DNA from: Obrimoposthia wandeli
Lineage: Eukaryota
Reading direction: 5' to 3'
DNA: 64,000 nucleotides
Assembly: GCA_977020255.1 (NCBI GenBank)
Contig: CDROCS010006248.1
Location: 1-64,000 of the forward strand
Shown here: positions 8,826 through 18,648 of the stretch, piece after piece
Layout: every line of letters starts with the position of its first letter
Numbering within the stretch: the first letter of the stretch is position 1
Program-made: the position numbers and the translations under genes
The notes under the pieces: generated by a model
Database searches by the model: none
Seen by the model: the letters and a program-made list of their open reading frames with translations, nothing else
Told to the model about the DNA's origin: nothing

Positions 8826-11276
8826 ATGAGTAATAAAGTACCTTCTAGCGCACAAATCGTGATTGTCGGCGGCGGTGTTATCGGCTGTAGTGTTGCCTAT
8901 CATTTAACTAAGTTAGGTTTTACTGATGTCGTGCTATTAGAGCGTCGCCAGTTAACTTGCGGTACTACTTGGCATGCAGCTGGTCTAGTACCTACGCTTC
9001 GTGCTACTTATAATATGTCTATGTTGGCTAAATATAGTGCTGATCTGTATGAACAGCTGCAAGCTGAAACAGGCCAAGCAACGGGCTTTGTGCGTAATGG
9101 CTCGTTAACAATAGCCACTAATAAAGAGCGTTTAGCAGAGCTTAAACGCGGTGCTTCTATGGCAAAAGTAGCAGGCTTTCCTTGTAATGTTATAGATCCT
9201 CAGCAAGCCAAAGATTTATGGCCACTATTAAATATTGATGATGTATTAGGTGCTATTCACTTACCGCTTGATGGTGTGGTTAACCCTGTTGATGTGACGC
9301 AAGCCTTAGCAAAAGGCGCACGTATGGGCGGTGCGAAAATAATTGAAGGCGTGAAAGTGCTTGATATGAAAATTCGCGATGGCAAAGCGGCAGGAGTAAT
9401 TACTGAGCAAGGTGATATAGATGCTGAGTATGTGGTCAACTGCAGTGGTATGTGGGCGCGTGAATTTGGGCGCAAAGCGGGTGTCAATGTACCACTACAT
9501 GCAGCAGAGCATTTCTATGTAGTTACTGAGAACATGCCCAACTTAGGTCGTGGATTACCAACATTGCGTGATATGGATGGCTATTGCTATTACAAAGAAG
9601 ATGCGGGCAAGCTTTTAGTCGGCATGTTTGAACCAGGCGCTAAGCCTTGGGGAATGGATGGCATTCCTGAAGATTTCTTTTTTGATGAGTTGCCCGAAGA
9701 TTTTGACCATTTAGAACCCTATTTAGAAGCAGCGATGCATCGTGTGCCTGAGCTTGAAAAAACCGGTTTGCAGGTGTTCTTCAATGGTCCTGAAGCCTTT
9801 ACGCCCGATGACCGTTATCACTTAGGTGAAGCGCCAGAGTTAAAGAATTATTTTGTAGCAGCAGGATTTAACTCTGTCGGTATTCAATCAGCGGGGGGTG
9901 CAGGTAAAATGCTCGCTAATTGGATCAAGAAAGGGCATGCCCCACAAGATTTATGGGATGTTGATATTCGACGCAACATGCCTTTTCAAGGTACCCAAGC
10001 TTACTTACAAGAGCGCACGACAGAAACGCTGGGTTTGTTGTATGAAACGCATTATCCTTTTAAGCAATTTAAAACAGCGAGAGGTGTGCGCCGTTCTGTA
10101 TTACATGATCAATTGAAAGCACAAGGCGCGGTATTTGGCACAGAAAGCGGCTGGGAGCGTGCTAACTGGTTCGCTAATGAAGGGCAAGAAGCGAGTTATG
10201 AGTACTCGTTTGGTCGCCAAAATTGGTTTGAAAATAATGCTCAAGAGCACCATGCTGTACGTAATAGTGTGGCTGTTATCGATCAGAGTTCGTTCTCTAA
10301 ATACCAAGTAGAGGGGCCGGATGCGCTGCGCTTTTTAAACAAGGTGTGCTCTAACAATGTTGATGTAGCACTTGGTAAAATGGTTTATACCCAATGGTTA
10401 AATGAGCGCGGTGGAATAGAAGCGGACGTCACTGTCACGCGTATAACCGAGCAACGCTTTTTGATTGTCTCAGGTGTCGCTTGTCAAAATCGTGATATGG
10501 ATTGGCTTAAGCGTAACAAGCCTGATGATGGTTTAATCGTCATTACCGATTTAACATCTGCTTATGCCGTTATTACGGTCATGGGGCCACGCTCAAGAGA
10601 GACGCTATCAAAGCTAACGCAAGCGGATATGAGCAACGAAGCTTTCCCATTTGGTAGCTCACAAGAGATCGATATGCATTATGCAATAGTGCGTGCATCA
10701 CGTATCACATACGTAGGCGAACTAGGTTGGGAGCTCTACATACCCACTGAATATGCGCCAAGTGTGTACGATGCTCTCTTTGAGGTAGGCAAAGAATTCT
10801 CAATACGCCCTTATGGTTATCACACCATGAATTCATTGCGCATGGAAAAATGCTATCGCCATTGGGGGCACGATATAACGGATGCCGATACAGCATTAGA
10901 AGCAGGTTTAAGCTTTGCCTCAGATTTCAATAAAGAGGGCGGTTTTATCGGCCGTGAAGCGCTGTTGGCACAAAAAGCAGAAGGTGCTCTTAAAAAGCGT
11001 TTTATAGCGTTCTTATTTGAAAATCCAGAGCCGCTTTGTTATCACGAAGAACCTATCTATGCCAATGGTGTCATTGTTGGGCGTACTACCGCAGGCATGT
11101 TCTGTCATACTTTAGGTGCAACGGTCGCGATGGGTTATGTTGAATACGAGCAAGGTGTGACGAAAGAGTGGTTAGATAGCAGTACATTTGAAATTGAAGT
11201 GGAATGTGAGTGCTATGCTGTACAAGCCTCGTTAAGACCATTTTATGATCCTAAAATGGAAAGGATTAAATGCTAA
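8826..11276 (+). CDS. GcvT-family FAD/THF-dependent demethylating dehydrogenase (dimethylglycine/sarcosine dehydrogenase-like)
   Basis: 816 aa. GGGVIGCS, LTCGTTWHAAG, NGPEAFTPD, GWERANWF, RITYVGELGWE and SLRMEK: DAO domain plus GcvT domain. Confidence 0.88.
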   Translation: MSNKVPSSAQIVIVGGGVIGCSVAYHLTKLGFTDVVLLERRQLTCGTTWHAAGLVPTLRATYNMSMLAKYSADLYEQLQAETGQATGFVRNGSLTIATNKERLAELKRGASMAKVAGFPCNVIDPQQAKDLWPLLNIDDVLGAIHLPLDGVVNPVDVTQALAKGARMGGAKIIEGVKVLDMKIRDGKAAGVITEQGDIDAEYVVNCSGMWAREFGRKAGVNVPLHAAEHFYVVTENMPNLGRGLPTLRDMDGYCYYKEDAGKLLVGMFEPGAKPWGMDGIPEDFFFDELPEDFDHLEPYLEAAMHRVPELEKTGLQVFFNGPEAFTPDDRYHLGEAPELKNYFVAAGFNSVGIQSAGGAGKMLANWIKKGHAPQDLWDVDIRRNMPFQGTQAYLQERTTETLGLLYETHYPFKQFKTARGVRRSVLHDQLKAQGAVFGTESGWERANWFANEGQEASYEYSFGRQNWFENNAQEHHAVRNSVAVIDQSSFSKYQVEGPDALRFLNKVCSNNVDVALGKMVYTQWLNERGGIEADVTVTRITEQRFLIVSGVACQNRDMDWLKRNKPDDGLIVITDLTSAYAVITVMGPRSRETLSKLTQADMSNEAFPFGSSQEIDMHYAIVRASRITYVGELGWELYIPTEYAPSVYDALFEVGKEFSIRPYGYHTMNSLRMEKCYRHWGHDITDADTALEAGLSFASDFNKEGGFIGREALLAQKAEGALKKRFIAFLFENPEPLCYHEEPIYANGVIVGRTTAGMFCHTLGATVAMGYVEYEQGVTKEWLDSSTFEIEVECECYAVQASLRPFYDPKMERIKC

Positions 11277-11338
11277 TCAGTTCTTCAATATTTACTTTGA
11301 AGCGTACGAAGAGATAGTTTCTCGACAATACGTGCTTT

Positions 11339-11365
11339 AAAACGGTGCCTAAATGGCACCGTTTT
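11339..11365. terminator. Intrinsic terminator after the dehydrogenase
   Basis: AAAACGGTGCC-TAAAT-GGCACCGTTTT followed by further T residues. Confidence 0.75.
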
Positions 11366-11802
11366 TAGTTGGCATAAATAGTTTTGCGTATCTATAGTCA
11401 TCATATTTATAGTGCCATAAAGCTCCATCCCTCTTTAGATAAACTATTTGATATGGCTAAACTCACAAACATATCAATGATCAAATAACTCTATCCACAT
11501 GCACACAAGAATATATCGCTGTGAATTAAGCTAAAAAAACCTCAAATTGCGCTGTTTTATCGATTTCTGAAGCTGCTGATTTTATCTCTAATATTTAAAT
11601 TTAATTAAAAATATTGGTCTATACTCTTACTTCAGTAAGGTATTTTAGTAACGTCAAAATTATGAAATTTCATATTTAATAGCGATGAATTAGGCGAAGC
11701 CTAAATCATCAGAGAGTTCATTCCCCAGAGTTTACAACGGGGCCGTTGATTTATCAGTTACTGCCACATGTTATCAGAAACGTTTTAATGGAGATGTTTC
11801 CT

Positions 11803-13026
11803 ATGTTTCTACACGCAGCTCGACAACCCATTTTAGATAAAGAACAAAATATTTATGCTTATGAATTATTGTTTAGAGACAGTGCTGACAATCTATTTCC
11901 AGAAATAGATGGTGATGCTGCAACATCTAGATTAGTGGCGACAAGTCAGTTTGAATATTCATTACCTGAGCTAACATCTGGCTACCACGCACACATTAAT
12001 TTTAATTTAAAATCTATTCTTAAACAGTACCCTAGCATGATTCCAGCAGACCAAGTGTCTATTGAAATAGTGGGTATAGATAAGCCCGGAAAACGCTTGC
12101 TTGAAGAGTGTATTAAACTTAAAGAAGCGGGATATAAGGTAGTGTTAGATGATTATGTGCATCAAAAGGCATGGATTCATTTTTATCCTTTTATTGAGAT
12201 GATTAAAATCGACATGTTAAAAGCATCAGTGCTCGATTTAAAGCAAGCGGTTAAGATTAAAGAAAAATTCAGTCATATAAAGTTGGCAGCGAAGAAAATT
12301 GAAAATAATGATGACTTCTTGCTTGTAAGAAACATGGGGTTTGATTTATTTCAGGGCTATTTTTTTGCTAAACCGCAGCAGATGAAAGAAAAAACTTTAG
12401 ATACTTCTAGTTACAATTTAGCAGAGCTTTTATTTGATATCAGTGATGAAGATTTTGAAGTCGAAAAAATAATAGATACATTCCAATCTGATGTGAGCTT
12501 AGCCTATAAGCTATTACGCTATAGCAATAGCGCAATTTTCAAAAGAGCAACTGAGATATCGTCGATAAAACAAGCGGTTATTAGTTTAGGCAAAGAAGAG
12601 TTATTAAAGTTTGTTACTATTTTGTTTGCAGCTCAAGCGACAGGTGAAAAATCATTAGAGCTAATTTCAATGGCGCTATTAAGGGCGAAAATGTGTGAAG
12701 GTCTCGCTATCCTTTCTGATAGGGCACAAAAGCCTGCCATGGCATTTTTAACCGGCATGTTATCTCTAATTGATGCCATGCTTGATGAGCCATTAGCTGA
12801 CATTTTACAAAAAATGAAGCTTGATAGTGAAATATCAAACATTTTACTCGAAGGTAAAGGGGAGATAGCTGATTACATTAGCATCATCATTGGTTATGAA
12901 TCTGCTGATTGGGCGCAGATCGGACTGATTGCTAACAAGCTAAGCTTTGAAGCGGATGATATGGCAAAAGTTCATCAAGAATCCTTAAGTTGGGTTAATG
13001 AGAAAATGCAGTACATTGCTGAATAA
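11803..13026 (+). CDS. EAL-HDOD c-di-GMP signalling protein (CdgJ/YuxH-like)
   Basis: ARQPIL, YELLFR (variant EAL), VLDDY, KID and QGYFF, then HDOD motifs (LAYKLLRYSNS, FLTGMLSLIDAML). GGAG RBS favours the ATG at 11803; the ORF track starts at 11746. Confidence 0.85.
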   Translation: MFLHAARQPILDKEQNIYAYELLFRDSADNLFPEIDGDAATSRLVATSQFEYSLPELTSGYHAHINFNLKSILKQYPSMIPADQVSIEIVGIDKPGKRLLEECIKLKEAGYKVVLDDYVHQKAWIHFYPFIEMIKIDMLKASVLDLKQAVKIKEKFSHIKLAAKKIENNDDFLLVRNMGFDLFQGYFFAKPQQMKEKTLDTSSYNLAELLFDISDEDFEVEKIIDTFQSDVSLAYKLLRYSNSAIFKRATEISSIKQAVISLGKEELLKFVTILFAAQATGEKSLELISMALLRAKMCEGLAILSDRAQKPAMAFLTGMLSLIDAMLDEPLADILQKMKLDSEISNILLEGKGEIADYISIIIGYESADWAQIGLIANKLSFEADDMAKVHQESLSWVNEKMQYIAE

Positions 13027-13036
13027 ACAACAATAA

Positions 13037-13663
13037 CTACTGATTAAAATTATTCAGTAGTATCTTAAGCCCTGCAAAGCCAAAGAAAGCAGCAAAAATA
13101 AACTCAAACGTTTTACGTGCTTTTAAATAAAAGTCTCTTACACAGGCTATCGAGAACAACAGCGCATAGCTAATAAAAATGGTAAAGCTGACAGAACTAA
13201 CAGCTAATATCACGCTAATCAATCCTTGAGTGCTCACGTCGTTAGGCACGCCAATGGAAAAAAGAGCGGCAAAAAATAGAATCGCTTTAGGATTAGTTAA
13301 ATGAATTAACAACCCGCGTAAGTAGGTGCTGAACAAACGGTTTTTATGAGATGCGTTAAGCTCCAAGCAATGATCACTTGTTGCTGATTTTATTGATTTA
13401 TAGGCTAAGAATAATAGATAACTAGCGCCGAGATAACGAAAGACCTCCACTAGCCAAACATGGCTACTTAAAATAGCCGCAAAACCAAATGCTGCGACAC
13501 AAGACCAAGTTAGCGACCCTGTTAATATGCCTAAAGCCATTGCTAGCCCATGAGACCTTCCATTGCTCATCGAGGCGCTTGCTATAGCTAATGTAGCAGG
13601 GCCTGGGCTCGCTATAGCAAATAAAGCTGCCAGCATAATGAGTAAATAATTTATATTCTCCAT
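13037..13663 (-). CDS. LysE/RhtB-family amino-acid exporter
   Basis: ASPGPA, LGASYLLFLA and LTNPKAILFF; six hydrophobic segments. Confidence 0.92.
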   Translation of the reverse strand: MENINYLLIMLAALFAIASPGPATLAIASASMSNGRSHGLAMALGILTGSLTWSCVAAFGFAAILSSHVWLVEVFRYLGASYLLFLAYKSIKSATSDHCLELNASHKNRLFSTYLRGLLIHLTNPKAILFFAALFSIGVPNDVSTQGLISVILAVSSVSFTIFISYALLFSIACVRDFYLKARKTFEFIFAAFFGFAGLKILLNNFNQ

Positions 13664-13911
13664 ATTTTAAAAGGCACTCTTTTATTGTTAATCTGTGATA
13701 ATAAATAGATATTTTTTAGCTGTACTGAAAATAATGGTACTTGAAGCGCATTGTTTTTGTTAACTATTATAGTCTCTTCTTTCATCTGTCTTGTTAGGTT
13801 ACAATGAAGTTCGAAAACAATAATATACTAAAGATGCTAAGCGCTGTAAGTATTTAAAAGCACTAATAAGAACCTGTGTATGGTTTAGCATTGTTTATGG
13901 TTAGGAGCGTT

Positions 13912-14574
13912 ATGAATATTGTGCGTAAGATAATAATAGCAGATGATCATCCGTTATTTCGACAAGCTTTATTACAAATTTTAACCTCGAAACTTCCTAG
14001 CGTTACTTGGGTTGAAGCCGAAACTGTTGAGCAGTTAAATAGTGCTTTAAGCCAACATCAAGATGCCGACTTGCTACTGCTAGATCTTAATATTCCGGGA
14101 GCGCATGGTTTTAACTCATTATTAAAAATACGCTCTCAACAGCCTAAGTTACCGGTAGTTGTTGTGTCAGCGCATGAAGATGATGACACAGTGATTAAAG
14201 CAATGGAGTTTGGAGCAGCGGGCTTTATTCCAAAATCTACTCAAGTAGAGCTTATTTTTAGTGCGATCAAGCAAGTGCTTAAAGGAGAAACGTGGATTCC
14301 TGAGCATATAAACTTAAATCGTATCAACGATAAATCTGATATTGGAGTGCGAGTAAGCTCTCTAACACCTCAACAGCATAAAATATTACTCATGTTTGCC
14401 GATGGCTTATTGAATAAACAAATAGCGCATCAACTAAGCTTATCTGAAGCGACCGTGAAAGCGCATGCAACGGCTATTTTTCGTAAACTAAAAGTGCTCA
14501 ATAGAACACAAGCGGTGATTGCGATTGGTCAATTAGAAGTAGGGTCTTCTTCGTTTTCGACAAGTAGTGAATAA
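13912..14574 (+). CDS. crbR: LuxR/NarL-family response regulator, CrbR/ErdR-like
   Basis: IADDHPLFR, LDLNIPG and GFIPKS; HTH LTPQQ..IL...GLLNKQIA..L.LSEATVKAH. Convergent with a CrbS-like sensor. AGGAG RBS before 13912. Confidence 0.75.
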   Translation: MNIVRKIIIADDHPLFRQALLQILTSKLPSVTWVEAETVEQLNSALSQHQDADLLLLDLNIPGAHGFNSLLKIRSQQPKLPVVVVSAHEDDDTVIKAMEFGAAGFIPKSTQVELIFSAIKQVLKGETWIPEHINLNRINDKSDIGVRVSSLTPQQHKILLMFADGLLNKQIAHQLSLSEATVKAHATAIFRKLKVLNRTQAVIAIGQLEVGSSSFSTSSE

Positions 14575-17500
14575 TCTTGTTGTAGCTTTTGAGTTAACAA
14601 AGTACTGATTAACGCTCTTAAATTAGCAGGTTGTATTGGTTTTTTCATGAAACTAAACCCTGCTTTTTCAACACTTGAAGGTAGCTCTTTATCAGCGGTG
14701 GCAGTAATTAGCACACCGGGTATTCCGTAGATCGATGCACTGTTTAGCTCTGACATAAGTGTTAAGCCGGTTTTTTCTTCAGATAATTGATAATCCATTA
14801 ACATGATATCAATCTCGTCGTTGTACTCAAGATAGTTTTTGTGCGCATCCTCTGAATTGTCACAGGCAAGCACACGACATTGCCATGATGTTAACAGAGC
14901 TTCCATGGCAGCTAACAGGTTAGGGTCGTTTTCTACGCACAGCACAGTCACCCCTTGTAAGCTCATATTAGTGTTATCTGTTACTTCACTCTCTACTGTT
15001 TGTGGTAATGTGACGGGCACTTCAATAGAAAAATTACAGCCTTTGTGCTCTTTAGATCGCAGCGATAAAGGGTGGTTTAGCAGCAAAGAAAAACTTTTAG
15101 CAATATTTAAGCCTAAACCTAAACCTTTGCTAGTATTTGCGTTATTAATGTCGAGTTGAATAAACTGTTCAAATACAAGTAGCTGCTTGTTCAGCGCAAT
15201 GCCTGGGCCGTTATCGATAACTTCTATAGAGAGCGTTTTGTTGTGCTTACGACAACCTAACACGACTTTGCCAGGGCTTGCATAGCGAAAGGCGTTGCCA
15301 ATTAAGTTATGTAATATGCGGCGCAGTAAATTAAGATCTGAATAAACCCAAGCGGAGCAGCTGACAACACTAAAGTGGATATCAATTTTTTCTTCATGGG
15401 CATTAAACTCACGACCTAAGCTGTGCAACAATTCGTTAATTGAAAAAGCTTGTTTTCTGACTTTAATATTGCCGCTTTCAATGCGAGCGATATCGCCTAA
15501 ATCGCTAAGTAAGCTACTGGCTACTTTTAATGAATTTTCGATATTAGAAATGTGTGATTGATGCTCTTTATTCAAACCTTTTTGTGCTGATAAGGCGGTG
15601 GTAAATAATCTAGCAGCTTCAAGTGGCTGCATTAAATCATGGCTGCAGGCATTTAGGTATTGGCTTTTTTTAAGATGGGCGAGTACTGCTTTTTCCCGCT
15701 CGCTTTCAAGCTCTCGATTGATTTGTTCTAACGTTTTAGTTCTTTCAGACACCCGAGTTTCAAGATCTTGGTTGGCTTCTCGTAATACTTGTTCCGCTTG
15801 TCTAAAGGCGCTTATGTCAGAAAATATCATAACAAAGCCACCGCCTGGCAAAGGGTTTCCTTGAATTCTAATAACTTGACCGGTGTTATGTCTGCGCTCT
15901 GAACTGTGCGGGTTACCACGCTGTAAATGCTGTAAACGTTTGCGGATTTTTTCTTCTACTTCACCAGGGCCGCAGCGCCCTTGTTCTACGTTATAGCGAA
16001 TTAAACTTTCAATAGAGCAACCGATATGAACCAGTGCTCTAGGATACTGAAATAATTCGATGTAGCGATTATTCCAAGCAACTAAATTCAAATGGCTGTC
16101 GATAATCGAAATGCCTTCAGCGCTATTTTCTATAGCGCTTTGTAACAAAGATTGGTTAAATTGAGTGCCTTGTGAGGAAGCATCTTCAATCAGAACGGCA
16201 ATTTGATCTAACGCGATTTCTTTGCCTTGTAAGGCGGATGAGATTACTAACCTGGAAGAAGAAGAGCCCATGACACTGGTGAGCATGCGTTCAGTGTGTT
16301 CTATTAGCTTATGATTATAAAGTCTTGAACCAAGGTATTTGGCGTCGTGAGATGCCAGAAACTGATTAAACCCTAGCTTTGCTTTTTGCTCGCCAATAAA
16401 TCTTGAGGCTAAAAGCTGTAGCTCGCTGGCGTCAATGTTTTTAGTAGTAGATGGTTGTAAGCTGTCTGGGTCTTGCCAATCAAGAAAATGAGAGGCTTGC
16501 ATACGCTCTTGTACACTTTGTCTACTGAACTGTGAAACCCACCACATGATAGTCACATTGACCAGTAAGCTGATTAATGACACCAGCATGTGCGTTGGGA
16601 TAAAACTGTTACCTTCAGGCTGCGTATAAAGTCCAAATTGGGGTAGTAAATTCAAAAAGAACCACAAACTAAAGCCTACGCTGAGTCCACTGATTACGCC
16701 GGTAAGGCTGCTTGAACGCCAGTAGAAAGCCGCGATAAGGGCGGGTGTTAGTTGAGCAAGAGCGCCGAAAGCTATTTCACCTAATGATGAAAGCTTGTCA
16801 GGTGAGGCCGCTAAAAATACGCCATATCCGAGTAAAATAACAAAGCAGGCAAGCAGCTTTCTGATGTTTAATAAGCGGGCTTTAAAGCGTGCAAAGTTGT
16901 TATCTTTTCCTTTATAGCGATTAAGAACCAGAGGGAAAAATATTTCGTTACTGAGCATAGTGCTTAGCGCAATGGCAGCAATAATAACCATCGAGCTTGC
17001 TGCTGAAATTGCGCCTAAAAAAGCGAGTAATGTGAGCCATATTTGGTTGTGTATGGCGGGTAAAAATAAAACGTAAGCATCAGGTGATACTGAATCGCCA
17101 AGTAGTAATTGCCCAGCAAGGCCTAAAGGAATGGCAAAAACAGCAAAGATAAGTAAATACACAGGGAAAATATAACGCGATAAATTTGAATCAGAAGCGT
17201 TGCGAAGTTCAACCACCATTACTTGAAATTGGCGCGGTAACGCCAAAAAAGCTGCCATACCGATAACGAGGGAGCCTAACATGGTGGCTATGTTGGGTAA
17301 CTTTATTTGCTCGCTAAGTAAATTACTTGCGCTTGCTGCACGCCATAATTGCGTAGGCGAATCAAATACAAACAACACTACAAATAGGCCTAAGATTAAG
17401 AAGGCGACCACTTTTAAGAGAGATTCAAAGGCAATAGCCAGCATAACACCTGGATGACGCTCTGTTACATCTACCTCACGAATACCAAAAAAGAGCGTGA

Positions 17501-17999
17501 AGGCTGCAAGAACAATGGCAACCACTAAGCCTGTTTGCCATGAATTTAGCTCGTGCGCCACGGTGAGCTGTTGGTATGAATAGACTATCGCCTTTAGCTG
17601 TAAAGCGATGTAGGGCATGGTACCAATGAGTGCGACTAAGGTAATAATGGCGGCAAGCTTTTGTGATTTACCGTAGCGAGCGGCTAATAAATCGGCAATA
17701 GAAGTTACATTTAAGCGCAAGCTGGTTTTTATAATGCGTTGAATAAAAGGCCATGCAAAAATAAACAGCAAAATAGGCCCAATGAAAATGGGTAAGTGAG
17801 AAAAAATATTAGTCGCTGCTTGTGCCGTAGTACCTAAAAAGCTCCACGAAGTGCAATAAACACCCAAGGTGAGTGCGTAAATAATAGGCTGGCTTTGCTG
17901 CGGTATTTTATGACGATATTTATCACCAAGGTAGGCGATGACAAAAAGTAAGCAAATATAGCCAAGGCTGATACTTATTAATTGCCAGTTTTGAAACAT
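14529..17999 (-). CDS. crbS: SLC5(SSS)-STAC-PAS hybrid sensor kinase, CrbS/MxtR-like
   Basis: N-terminal symporter domain (LGVYCTSWSF, SIADLLAARYGKS), PAS domain (LVAWNNRY), SHDLMQPL H-box, DNGPGI, GLGLGL and a C-terminal REC domain. ORF is open to 18020. Confidence 0.85.
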   Translation of the reverse strand: MFQNWQLISISLGYICLLFVIAYLGDKYRHKIPQQSQPIIYALTLGVYCTSWSFLGTTAQAATNIFSHLPIFIGPILLFIFAWPFIQRIIKTSLRLNVTSIADLLAARYGKSQKLAAIITLVALIGTMPYIALQLKAIVYSYQQLTVAHELNSWQTGLVVAIVLAAFTLFFGIREVDVTERHPGVMLAIAFESLLKVVAFLILGLFVVLFVFDSPTQLWRAASASNLLSEQIKLPNIATMLGSLVIGMAAFLALPRQFQVMVVELRNASDSNLSRYIFPVYLLIFAVFAIPLGLAGQLLLGDSVSPDAYVLFLPAIHNQIWLTLLAFLGAISAASSMVIIAAIALSTMLSNEIFFPLVLNRYKGKDNNFARFKARLLNIRKLLACFVILLGYGVFLAASPDKLSSLGEIAFGALAQLTPALIAAFYWRSSSLTGVISGLSVGFSLWFFLNLLPQFGLYTQPEGNSFIPTHMLVSLISLLVNVTIMWWVSQFSRQSVQERMQASHFLDWQDPDSLQPSTTKNIDASELQLLASRFIGEQKAKLGFNQFLASHDAKYLGSRLYNHKLIEHTERMLTSVMGSSSSRLVISSALQGKEIALDQIAVLIEDASSQGTQFNQSLLQSAIENSAEGISIIDSHLNLVAWNNRYIELFQYPRALVHIGCSIESLIRYNVEQGRCGPGEVEEKIRKRLQHLQRGNPHSSERRHNTGQVIRIQGNPLPGGGFVMIFSDISAFRQAEQVLREANQDLETRVSERTKTLEQINRELESEREKAVLAHLKKSQYLNACSHDLMQPLEAARLFTTALSAQKGLNKEHQSHISNIENSLKVASSLLSDLGDIARIESGNIKVRKQAFSINELLHSLGREFNAHEEKIDIHFSVVSCSAWVYSDLNLLRRILHNLIGNAFRYASPGKVVLGCRKHNKTLSIEVIDNGPGIALNKQLLVFEQFIQLDINNANTSKGLGLGLNIAKSFSLLLNHPLSLRSKEHKGCNFSIEVPVTLPQTVESEVTDNTNMSLQGVTVLCVENDPNLLAAMEALLTSWQCRVLACDNSEDAHKNYLEYNDEIDIMLMDYQLSEEKTGLTLMSELNSASIYGIPGVLITATADKELPSSVEKAGFSFMKKPIQPANLRALISTLLTQKLQQDYSLLVENEEDPTSN

Positions 18000-18063
18000 A
18001 GATATTGATACTCTTGCCAATGGGCTTAGGTTAATAGTTTTTCGTCATTAGCGCATGCAAAAT

Positions 18064-18501
18064 TTAGCGCGTGATACTTTCAAACTCACTAAGGTAAGAG
18101 CCACCTTTGATGTGTGCAATAATGCGTAGCTTTTGTTTAGCGCCTTTGTTTGCTAGGCGTTTACCTAAATCAGTTTTTGCTCTCCAATAATAAGGACTGG
18201 TACTCATACCTAAAGGGTATTCAGTGGCCTTGTTGTTGATATCAACGATGAATAGAGAGGCAGTATCGAGAGGGAAAGTTGAGTTGATTATTGTTTCCCC
18301 TTGCTTATCAGAGAAGCTTAATAAAAATTCACCTGATTTTAGTACGCATTGCTGGGCGTTGATATCGCACTCATTTTGCACTTTCATGCTAAATAAGCGT
18401 GTTTGTGACGCTTTATACTCACTGTACATATCAGCCGCAGCGAAACTAAGTATAGCGAGAAGAGGGGCAACTATAATGGCAATTTTTGTGTGTTTGTTCA
18501 C
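18064..18501 (-). CDS. Hypothetical protein with N-terminal membrane anchor/signal
   Basis: 145 aa with an N-terminal hydrophobic segment; co-oriented between the symporter and the sensor; no family recognised. Confidence 0.65.
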   Translation of the reverse strand: MNKHTKIAIIVAPLLAILSFAAADMYSEYKASQTRLFSMKVQNECDINAQQCVLKSGEFLLSFSDKQGETIINSTFPLDTASLFIVDINNKATEYPLGMSTSPYYWRAKTDLGKRLANKGAKQKLRIIAHIKGGSYLSEFESITR

Positions 18502-18592
18502 TTTGTTAATCCATAATTATTATTATTAGAATATACAGCTTTGATAGCGGTTGAACGAAGTTTTTTAATTAGATCTATGATTTAAATAAATA

Positions 18593-18610
18593 AGCCCCGG
18601 TTAAGGGGCT
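18593..18610 (-). terminator. Likely terminator of the symporter operon
   Basis: AGCCCC-GGTTAA-GGGGCT, followed on the minus strand by a T-rich run. Confidence 0.55.
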
Positions 18611-18648
18611 CATTAGAACTACATAAATAAACTGTGCATTACCACGTG

